Shown one piece after another: positions 48,478-55,580 of a stretch of 64,000 nucleotides of DNA. The notes under the pieces were generated by a model. The model searched no databases. It worked only from the letters and a program-made list of their open reading frames with translations, and was not told where the DNA came from. Made by a program: the position numbers and the translations under genes. Origin of the DNA: Bacilli bacterium. GTDB lineage: Bacteria; Bacillota_I; Bacilli_A; RFN20; CAG-826. Location: contig JAILBR010000030.1 of NCBI GenBank assembly GCA_024680795.1, positions 7,594 through 71,593 on the forward strand, read 5' to 3'. Every line of letters starts with the position of its first letter. Within the stretch, counting starts at the first letter, position 1.

Positions 48478-49767
48478 TAGACTTTTAAGATAGTTATATC
48501 TATTTAATATTGCATCAGCAATTTCATCCTTATTAGGAATATCCATAGGGATGTTTTTGATGATGTTATTAATGTCTTCTAAATCTATGCTTTTGAATTT
48601 GATTGTTTTATATAGTTCTCTTGCTACTTTATTATTATTTAGGAAGTTAACGAACACTTTGATAAAACCATCTTTCTTTGGGTTGCTATTAAGCACGTCA
48701 TTAACCGCGATTAAAGATAAGTTATTATCATAGTTAGGCGCTAAAGAAATGATTTTTCCATTATCAGGATTTCTTAATAACCCAAGATTTTCGTTATGCC
48801 TGTCGATGTTATTAACAACCGAATCAAAACATATCATCTTCAAATATTCTTTAGCGATGTCTTCTCTTATCTTGTATAGGATATCAAAGATATATTCATA
48901 GTTATCATTATCGTCAGCGAGAGAGGCAATTGGTTCAAAGTTATAATCTTTTGCGAAATTCTTACATCTAATAAACCCTTCATCTAATTCATATTTAACA
49001 GTATCTATCCCAATGAGGTTTGCAAATTCAGTGGAGAATAATTCAGAGAATAATTGCTTATCATTTCCTACTTTATATAGCCACCATTCATTATCGATAT
49101 ACCTCCAACCTTTTTCAAAACTACCAGTGGTGGTGATTTCCGGAGATAACTTGCTTTTATGATAAAAGACATTAACTTCACCTTTTAACGAAGTATCAAA
49201 TAAGATGTCGTTAGTGAAAATCACATCGTTATATTTGAGCTTTGAATGTTTTGGTTTAAACCAATAGTGATCGCTAACTGATAATGCATAAGCATATAAA
49301 GATGTTTTATAATCTTCATCAACTTCGATATTTAATACCTTCTTTAATATTCTTGCATTGGTCCTGCTCATATCAATAACACGAAGTTTTAAAAACTTCT
49401 CAATCGAATGAGTTCTTTTAATGACTAATGGGGCAAGTGATTCGTTGATATCAATAAGGACACCTTTTTCAAATCTAGCAGTTATCACATTCTTATTCAT
49501 AATATAACCAGTTAGCTCATCTGCGTTCTTCGATAAAGAATAGTCTCTTGATTTGTAGCTTTTAATTTGCTTTTCAATTTCTTTACGTCTTTGAATTTGT
49601 TTTTTAAGAAGTTCTAATTCTTCTTTGGACTTGATAATCCCGCTATATCTTTTGCCATTAGAAAAATATTGATGGTAATAATAGGTCTTACCATTAATGG
49701 TTTTCTTATATATATTCCCAAGTGGAAGAGAATGAAGTTCTTTTAATAATACGCTTAAAGTGTTCAT
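48472..49767 (-). CDS. HipA-family kinase-like protein (toxin-type), no adjacent HipB-like gene
   Basis: C-terminal domain motif VVNNIDRHNENLGLL...ISLAPNYDNNLSL matches the HipA_C catalytic DRHxxN and APxYD motifs. Confidence 0.8.
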   Translation of the reverse strand: MNTLSVLLKELHSLPLGNIYKKTINGKTYYYHQYFSNGKRYSGIIKSKEELELLKKQIQRRKEIEKQIKSYKSRDYSLSKNADELTGYIMNKNVITARFEKGVLIDINESLAPLVIKRTHSIEKFLKLRVIDMSRTNARILKKVLNIEVDEDYKTSLYAYALSVSDHYWFKPKHSKLKYNDVIFTNDILFDTSLKGEVNVFYHKSKLSPEITTTGSFEKGWRYIDNEWWLYKVGNDKQLFSELFSTEFANLIGIDTVKYELDEGFIRCKNFAKDYNFEPIASLADDNDNYEYIFDILYKIREDIAKEYLKMICFDSVVNNIDRHNENLGLLRNPDNGKIISLAPNYDNNLSLIAVNDVLNSNPKKDGFIKVFVNFLNNNKVARELYKTIKFKSIDLEDINNIIKNIPMDIPNKDEIADAILNRYNYLKSLF

Positions 49768-49773
49768 ATTTAT

Positions 49774-49801
49774 ATTATATAAAATTTAACAAACTTTTCA
49801 A
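49774..49801 (-). promoter_or_regulatory. Putative promoter of the HipA-like gene, embedded in the right repeat; predicts a leaderless mRNA
   Basis: On the minus strand: TTGAAA (49801-49796), 16-nt spacer, TATAAT (49779-49774), then only 6 nt before the ATG (49767). No Shine-Dalgarno sequence is visible. Confidence 0.45.
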
Positions 49802-49819
49802 TTATGTTTGTTGTTAAAA
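49786..49819. repeat. Right copy of 34-bp direct repeat flanking the HipA-like gene
   Basis: TTAACAAACTTTTCAATTATGTTTGTTGTTAAAA, 33/34 identical to 48444-48477, located 1342 bp away. Confidence 0.9.
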
Positions 49820-49886
49820 AACAAAATTTGGTATTACAATACCGAAAAATATTAATTTTTGATATCAGTTATGCTAACATATTTCC

Positions 49887-50552
49887 ATGAAAAGAATAGT
49901 TTATCATGGCACGGATCACATAATTGAAAAGCCATTATTTGGGTATGGTGAAAGGCACAATGATTACGGCTTAGCTTTTTATTGTGCCGAGAATATCGAT
50001 TTAGCAAAAGAATGGGCTTGCAAAGAAAAACCTAATGGCATTGTAAACAAATACGAAGTTGATATAGATTCATTTAGAATTTTAGATTTGACTGATAAAA
50101 ACAAGTACAGTGTTTTAAATTGGATAGCAATTATTCTTCATTTTAGGGACGTGGATGATGATATCAAAAATCAATTTGATATAGAACTTCAATTTCTTGA
50201 AGAAAACTATTATATAGATGTTGAAAAATATGATGTGATTATTGGATACCGCGCTGATGACGCATATTTTAGATTTCCACAAGCGTTTATCAGAAATGAG
50301 ATAACAGTGGAGAAACTGGAAGAAGTGTATTTATTAGGAGATTTAGAAAAACAGATTTCTTTTAAAAGCGAACGATCATTTATGCAATTATTATTTGTCG
50401 ATTATTTTGAAGTGGATGAAGAATATCATCAACGTTATATAGAAAGAATTAATAAGGCTAAGAAGAAGTTTTCTCAAATATTAAATGATGAAAGAAGAAA
50501 TACTACTGGAAGAAGATTGAGAGATTTGATTTTTGGAGAGAAAAAAAGATGA
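49887..50552 (+). CDS. DUF3990-like protein with ADP-ribosyltransferase-like H-Y motifs
   Basis: N-terminus IVYHGTDH...HNDYGLAFYCAENIDLAKEWA fits my recollection of the DUF3990 profile. It also resembles the HG[ST]...G-x-x-FY-x-A strands of H-Y-E ARTs. Confidence 0.7.
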   Translation: MKRIVYHGTDHIIEKPLFGYGERHNDYGLAFYCAENIDLAKEWACKEKPNGIVNKYEVDIDSFRILDLTDKNKYSVLNWIAIILHFRDVDDDIKNQFDIELQFLEENYYIDVEKYDVIIGYRADDAYFRFPQAFIRNEITVEKLEEVYLLGDLEKQISFKSERSFMQLLFVDYFEVDEEYHQRYIERINKAKKKFSQILNDERRNTTGRRLRDLIFGEKKR

Positions 50553-51550
50553 TTGATTATTATGACAAAAGTTTAATAGTGGAATTATTCGAACATATTT
50601 TTTCTATTGCCTTAACTAGAAGAATGAATCCAAAAGCTTTAGAACATCTTATTTCCAATTCCAGGATAGCAAACGATTTAGAAAAGGGTGATTCTAGTTT
50701 CCTAAATGATTGTTATAAACCAAAGCTAATTGAAGATTTGTTTAAAGCAAAACTGACAAAGGAAGAATGGGAAAGCCATTATGATATTTGCTTATGGGTT
50801 AGCATGATGTATGTTTCTTTGCTCTTTAAATATAAAAAATCATTTGAGTATCTTTTCTTATATATTTCCATTGAAGAGATGCATGATAAATTTTATTTAT
50901 ATCATGAAATGGATATTACTCAACTATATAGTTATTTTGAAATGAAGGTAAATAAAAAAACCTTATTGTCATCACTAATGAAAAAACATCATTATTCTTC
51001 TTCCTCGCTATCGGTTGCTAGTGGAATAAGTGTTAACACAATTGAAAAGTACTGTAAAAGCGATGAAGCTTTATATAGAGCCAGTTATGAAAATATTTAT
51101 ATGTTAAGTCATCTTTTACATGTTAAAAGCAACATTTTCGCTAGACAGTTAATACTTGCTGATGAGATTACAAAATATAGAAACGATTACGATAATATGA
51201 TAGAAAAGTTAGGACTATTTTTTGCTTGCTATTATGATAGAAACATCGCTAAAGAAAAGTTTGAATACGATAAAAGCACACAAAGATATCGTTCTGCAAA
51301 GATCAATGATTTATTTTTGCTTGTGATTAAAAATATAAATGAGTTACCTGAGAAGTCTCCTATTGACTATAATACAATCCTTGTTTTAGTTATGAATGAA
51401 GTTAACATCGAGAAAGAAGAACTGGCTTATTTTAAAAGAATAATTGTTATCAGTGAAAACGAAGCATACGATTTAGACAAAAATAGCAAAAAACCGATAT
51501 CGAATGATGTAAGAGAAACTAGTGTTGTTTTATTAGAAAAAGATAATTAA
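50549..51550 (+). CDS. Hypothetical protein with DUF3791-like N-terminus and central HTH-like segment, translationally coupled to the DUF3990 gene
   Basis: ATGA overlap with the upstream gene. The central segment SSLSVASGISVNTIEKYCKSDE looks like an XRE-type helix-turn-helix. The domain assignments are tentative. Confidence 0.55.
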   Translation: MIDYYDKSLIVELFEHIFSIALTRRMNPKALEHLISNSRIANDLEKGDSSFLNDCYKPKLIEDLFKAKLTKEEWESHYDICLWVSMMYVSLLFKYKKSFEYLFLYISIEEMHDKFYLYHEMDITQLYSYFEMKVNKKTLLSSLMKKHHYSSSSLSVASGISVNTIEKYCKSDEALYRASYENIYMLSHLLHVKSNIFARQLILADEITKYRNDYDNMIEKLGLFFACYYDRNIAKEKFEYDKSTQRYRSAKINDLFLLVIKNINELPEKSPIDYNTILVLVMNEVNIEKEELAYFKRIIVISENEAYDLDKNSKKPISNDVRETSVVLLEKDN

Positions 51551-51602
51551 TTCCCCCTATCAAATAAGAAGTATTGTATAATAAGAATAACAAAGACATA
51601 TT

Positions 51603-52304
51603 ATGGTAGTAAGTATTGTCCTCATAGTGCTTGGAATGATTTCAATGTCTTTCTTTATCTATGGAAAGATTACTAACTATTCCATTAAGACTAATATCAT
51701 TAAATTAGTTACATCTTTATTATTTGTCGCTCTAGCGTTATATCTATATATCACCAAAGGATATCCACTCATTGGATTATTTATCCTTTTAGGTGGTATT
51801 TTTGGTTTATTAGGGGATGTGGCCTTAGGACTTAAACGTATCTTTAAAAATAAAAATAAGCAGCTTATATTATTAGGCTTATTCTTCTTCGCTATTGGTC
51901 ATATATTATATGATACTGGATTATATATCTGCTATTACATCCCAGGACAAATCGTAGCGATTATTATCCCAGTGATATTAGCCCCTTTATGTGGATCATT
52001 TGGTTCGATGTTATTAGAAAAGGTATGCCATCTCCATTATGGCAAATTTAAATATATTGGAATGTTCTATTATACCTGTGTCTATTCCTTATCACTCGTA
52101 AGCTTCTCCTTATTAGCGATTAATGGCTTTACTAATACATTCTTATGGATATTCTTTGTGGGTGCATTATTATTCGCTAGTAGTGATACGATTTTAGCCA
52201 AGACCTACTTTAGTGATAATGTTAAAAAGGTTGATCAGATATCAACAACCATTACCTATTATCTCGCTCAATTTGTGATTGCCTTCTCAATTTTCTTCTT
52301 ATAG
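51603..52304 (+). CDS. YhhN-family membrane protein (lysoplasmalogenase-like)
   Basis: Eight hydrophobic helices with the LLGDVALG and FASSDTILA motifs typical of YhhN/TMEM86. Extended -10 TGTATAAT upstream, at about 51576-51583. Confidence 0.8.
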   Translation: MVVSIVLIVLGMISMSFFIYGKITNYSIKTNIIKLVTSLLFVALALYLYITKGYPLIGLFILLGGIFGLLGDVALGLKRIFKNKNKQLILLGLFFFAIGHILYDTGLYICYYIPGQIVAIIIPVILAPLCGSFGSMLLEKVCHLHYGKFKYIGMFYYTCVYSLSLVSFSLLAINGFTNTFLWIFFVGALLFASSDTILAKTYFSDNVKKVDQISTTITYYLAQFVIAFSIFFL

Positions 52305-52321
52305 AAACATAAATGCTACAA

Positions 52322-52361
52322 AATAGAAAATAAATATGTCTATAGACATATTTTTTCTATT
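52322..52361 (+). terminator. Long near-perfect hairpin after the YhhN gene
   Basis: AATAGAAAATAAATATGTCTA / TAGACATATTTTTTCTATT: a 19-bp stem with a 2-nt bulge, centred at 52342/52343, followed by TTTT. Confidence 0.6.
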
Positions 52362-52450
52362 TTTAAACATTGTTAGACATGCATTGTAGCATTTGCTACA
52401 TATGGTGTCCCCTATTTCATATATAGATATAAAGTGATATTATTATCGAT

Positions 52451-52894
52451 ATGGAATTTAAAAAAGAAACTTTAACTGATGATGTCATAGAACAATTAAT
52501 ATCTTTATCAAAAGAATGGGTAGAAGAAGATTGTTGTTTTGGAATGGTCGCTAACACAAGAGATGATTTAAAAGAACCTCTATTTGTAGCAGTGGAAGAT
52601 AATATTATTGTTGGATATATATTTGGCCACTATTATGAGCAAGAAAAGAAAACCTCATATATAGAAATAGGGGAGAAGTGCTTTGATGTTGATGAACTAT
52701 ATGTCAAAAAAGAATATCGAGATCAAGGAATAGGAAGAATCCTATTTAATGTGATGGAACTAGAAGTTAAAGATAAATGTAAATATATAACTCTAGCGAC
52801 ATCTAATAAAGATTATAAGAAAGTATTAAAGTTTTATACGGAAATAGAAGATATGACCTTCCATAGTGCCTTCTTAATTAAAGAGATGAAATAA
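52451..52894 (+). CDS. GNAT-family N-acetyltransferase
   Basis: Motif A VKKEYRDQGIGRILF; 147 aa. Confidence 0.85.
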   Translation: MEFKKETLTDDVIEQLISLSKEWVEEDCCFGMVANTRDDLKEPLFVAVEDNIIVGYIFGHYYEQEKKTSYIEIGEKCFDVDELYVKKEYRDQGIGRILFNVMELEVKDKCKYITLATSNKDYKKVLKFYTEIEDMTFHSAFLIKEMK

Positions 52895-52905
52895 GTGTTA
52901 ATGCG

Positions 52906-52932
52906 TAAGTGCAAGGCACTTATTTTTCTTTT
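52906..52932 (+). terminator. Rho-independent terminator after the GNAT gene
   Basis: TAAGTGC-AAG-GCACTTA followed by TTTTTCTTTT. Confidence 0.6.
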
Positions 52933-52974
52933 CGATACAAAAAGTAAAAATTTTTGGTCATAAAAATGAAAAAT

Positions 52975-52998
52975 CCTCCTATTAGTTTAATGAGGAGG
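52975..52998 (+). promoter_or_regulatory. Hairpin sequestering the Shine-Dalgarno of the RhuM-like gene
   Basis: CCTCCTATTA-GTT-TAATGAGGAGG. The 3' arm is the AGGAGG SD (52993-52998), 8 nt upstream of the ATG at 53007. Confidence 0.45.
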
Positions 52999-53006
52999 TC
53001 TTTTAC

Positions 53007-54263
53007 ATGGCCAATGAAAATTACGAAATAATCAAGTTCAGTTATGGTGATATAGAACTTGATATAAAGGTATCACCAAAAGAAAATACTGTGTGGTTAT
53101 CTCTTAATGATATGTGTGTGCTTTTTAAGAGAACAAAACCATCAATATCTAAACATATAAGAAATATCCTACAATCAGAAGATAGTGATGAAAATTCAGT
53201 TGTTTCACATATTGAAACAGTTCAAGCAAAAATTGAAACAACTGCCTCTGATGGCAAGGTCTATGATGTTGATTATTATAGTCTAGATGTTGTTATGGAA
53301 ATAGGTAAAAGAACTAGATCGGATATAACCCCTATATTCTATAACTGGTGTATGGAAACTTTAGCTGATTTAAATGGAGAAAACGAGATACAATCTAACA
53401 TAGTTAGATATGAAAACGGAAATGTCTCATTAAATGTCAACTATTCCCCTGAAGAAAAGACTATTTGGATGACTCAAAATCAGATTGCAATATTATATGA
53501 AACAACTCAACCAAATGTCAGTATGCACATCAAAAATATCCTTGATGAAAGTGAGTTAGATTTGAATTCAGTTCATAAGAATTACTTATATACTGCCACA
53601 GATGGTAAACAATATTTTGTCTCACTTTATAACCTAGATATGATACTTGCTATTGGTTATCGAACTAGGACAAAAAAGGCAATCGAATTCCGAAGTTGGG
53701 CCACAAAGATTATCACTGAATATTTGTTCAAAGGCTATGTTGATAATAACGATTCGAATATATCCAAAGACTTTGTCAAAGATATCACCGCTTCAATAGT
53801 GAGACTTGATAGTAGAGTGTCTCAATTAGAAGTGAATCAAAAGCATTATTTTCTAGATAATATTATGATTCAAGATGGCCAAGCATTTGAGGCAAAAGTT
53901 TGGATGAATAAAATCATTGAAACCGCTCAAAAAGAAATAGTGCTCATTGATTCTTATGTGAATATAAATTCACTGGATTTGTTTAAAAACAAAAAAGAGG
54001 GTGTTTCTTTATATATTATTACTTCTTCAATCAAATTGAGACTATCGCAAGTTGAAATAGATTCTTTCAATAATGAATATGGTTATTTACAAGTGAAATA
54101 TGATGAAAGATATCATGATCGTTATCTAATTATTGATGATGAAGTGTTCTATGATCTAGGTAATTCCACTAATCACATGGGGATACGCTTCAGTAGTGTC
54201 AAGCAAATCAAAGATATAGATTTCATAGATATAATAAGAAAAAGAATAAGAGAAGTTATCTAG
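53007..54263 (+). CDS. RhuM-family protein with duplicated N-terminal RhuM/ORF6N-like DNA-binding domain and HDRYLIID C-terminal domain
   Basis: Two tandem copies of the module ...TVWLSLNDMCVLFKRTKPSISKHIRNIL...DGKVYDVDYYSLDVVMEIGKRTRS... and ...TIWMTQNQIAILYETTQPNVSMHIKNIL...DGKQYFVSLYNLDMILAIGYRTRTKKAIEFRSWAT.... The C-terminal region has IVLIDSYV...YHDRYLIIDDEVFYDLGNS. Confidence 0.8.
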   Translation: MANENYEIIKFSYGDIELDIKVSPKENTVWLSLNDMCVLFKRTKPSISKHIRNILQSEDSDENSVVSHIETVQAKIETTASDGKVYDVDYYSLDVVMEIGKRTRSDITPIFYNWCMETLADLNGENEIQSNIVRYENGNVSLNVNYSPEEKTIWMTQNQIAILYETTQPNVSMHIKNILDESELDLNSVHKNYLYTATDGKQYFVSLYNLDMILAIGYRTRTKKAIEFRSWATKIITEYLFKGYVDNNDSNISKDFVKDITASIVRLDSRVSQLEVNQKHYFLDNIMIQDGQAFEAKVWMNKIIETAQKEIVLIDSYVNINSLDLFKNKKEGVSLYIITSSIKLRLSQVEIDSFNNEYGYLQVKYDERYHDRYLIIDDEVFYDLGNSTNHMGIRFSSVKQIKDIDFIDIIRKRIREVI

Positions 54264-54328
54264 AGGTGCACGGTTGATTCTAAGCATCTTTTTAATTTTT
54301 TTACATTTTTTCATCTTTCCAACATCAC

Positions 54329-54343
54329 GACATAAATAATGTC
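54329..54343. promoter_or_regulatory. Palindromic candidate operator, site 1 (GACAT-N5-ATGTC)
   Basis: GACATAAATAATGTC. The 21-nt block ACATAAATAATGTCACATTGA (54330-54350) recurs at 56904-56924 with 20/21 identity. A TATAGT -10-like hexamer lies at 54355-54360. Confidence 0.55.
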
Positions 54344-54392
54344 ACATTGACTTCTATAGTAAAGGTGCAGTCGATAACAAGGAGGTAAGTTG

Positions 54393-55034
54393 ATGAGTGT
54401 TGTTGTTGCAATAAAAGAAGAAGGAAAGGTTTATATCGGTGCTGATTCACAAGTGACCAAAGGCGGAACTAGAACCACTTTAAAAAATCCTAATAATTAT
54501 AAGATTTGGAAAGTTGATGGTTGTGAGAACTGCCTAATGGGTCATGTCGGTAATCTCAGAGATGCGAATATCGTGAGGTTAATGAGAAATGTCGTTGATG
54601 ATTACGACGAGTTCTATGAAAGAGTCAACTACCGATATGTGGTGAAGTATCTAGTTCCAGAAATCATCAAAAGCCTAAAAGAAGCTAAGTTCCTTAAAGG
54701 GGCTGATGATTATCTCGACTTCATGGATTCTAGTTACCTATTCGCCTATAAGGACAAGTTATTCTGCATCAACACTGATTGCTCGGTGATTGAAATCGAT
54801 GACTATGTGGCGATTGGCAGTGGATCTCAAGAAGCGATTGGTAGCTTATTATCCACCGAAGGACAAAATCCAAGAAAGAGGATTGTTAAGGCCATCAAGG
54901 CCAGTGCGGCGAGTGACATCTATGTCGATTACCCAATCATCCTAACCGATACAGGGGAAATGAACTTCGAAGTTGTAACAGAGAAAAATGAAAATAAGTA
55001 TCTCGGAAACACTAAAGGAGGAGATAAGTCATGA
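54393..55034 (+). CDS. Proteasome beta/HslV-like Ntn hydrolase with N-terminal Ser
   Basis: After Met removal the N-terminus is SVVVAIKEEGKVYIGADSQVT, which aligns to HslV [21 protein letters not shown] with Ser at position 1 and Asp at position 17. It also has the YKIWKV Lys region and the VAIGSGSQEAIGSL GSG motif. AAGGAGG lies upstream; the ATG is at 54393 and an in-frame TTG at 54390. Confidence 0.75.
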   Translation: MSVVVAIKEEGKVYIGADSQVTKGGTRTTLKNPNNYKIWKVDGCENCLMGHVGNLRDANIVRLMRNVVDDYDEFYERVNYRYVVKYLVPEIIKSLKEAKFLKGADDYLDFMDSSYLFAYKDKLFCINTDCSVIEIDDYVAIGSGSQEAIGSLLSTEGQNPRKRIVKAIKASAASDIYVDYPIILTDTGEMNFEVVTEKNENKYLGNTKGGDKS

Positions 55035-55147
55035 AAGTATTAGGATTTATATTCCTGGGGTTATGTCTCATAACCCTGGGAATTGTCAGTGTGAAATTAG
55101 GGTGGGTAGATTATATCTACCACTGGTTTGAAGGGTTGGTGAAATAG
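55031..55147 (+). CDS. 38-aa single-pass membrane peptide (not in the supplied ORF track)
   Basis: ATGA overlap with the upstream stop. Translation is MKVLGFIFLGLCLITLGIVSVKLGWVDYIYHWFEGLVK. It ends 1 nt before the next ATG and exactly fills the inter-ORF gap. Confidence 0.45.
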   Translation: MKVLGFIFLGLCLITLGIVSVKLGWVDYIYHWFEGLVK

Positions 55148-55148
55148 G

Positions 55149-55580
55149 ATGGAATATTTTAATAAGATTGTGATTACTACCAGTGTGGAAGATGTCTTTA
55201 TTAGAGATGGTAGACAAGTAGTGATATCTAACTGCAAGCATCATATTGAAGAAGGATGTTTATATATCGCCGCTGAACTTGGTGATATCGATATCGTCAT
55301 TCCTCATGGGAGATATGAAAGCATCAAGATTAATACCTCAACTGGAGATGGACATATCGAATTAAACGATGCTTCAATTGGTCAATTATCGTTCATATCT
55401 TCGACTGGAGATTTATATCTAGACGCGGAATGTGACTATGTGTCATTTAATTCCCTATGTGGAGACTTAATTCGTTCTAATAATGGACATAGACTTCAAT
55501 CATCTCTAAAGACAAAAACCGTTAAGACAACAGTAACTAACCAAACTCAAGATTGGAGAAATGGAGAGAGGTATAAATAA
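55149..55580 (+). CDS. DUF4097-like all-beta protein
   Basis: Repeated short strands ending in S/T-G-D (INTSTGDGHIEL, FISSTGDLYLD, FNSLCGDLIR), as in DUF4097/LiaG-YvlB-type beta-helical proteins. Confidence 0.6.
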   Translation: MEYFNKIVITTSVEDVFIRDGRQVVISNCKHHIEEGCLYIAAELGDIDIVIPHGRYESIKINTSTGDGHIELNDASIGQLSFISSTGDLYLDAECDYVSFNSLCGDLIRSNNGHRLQSSLKTKTVKTTVTNQTQDWRNGERYK

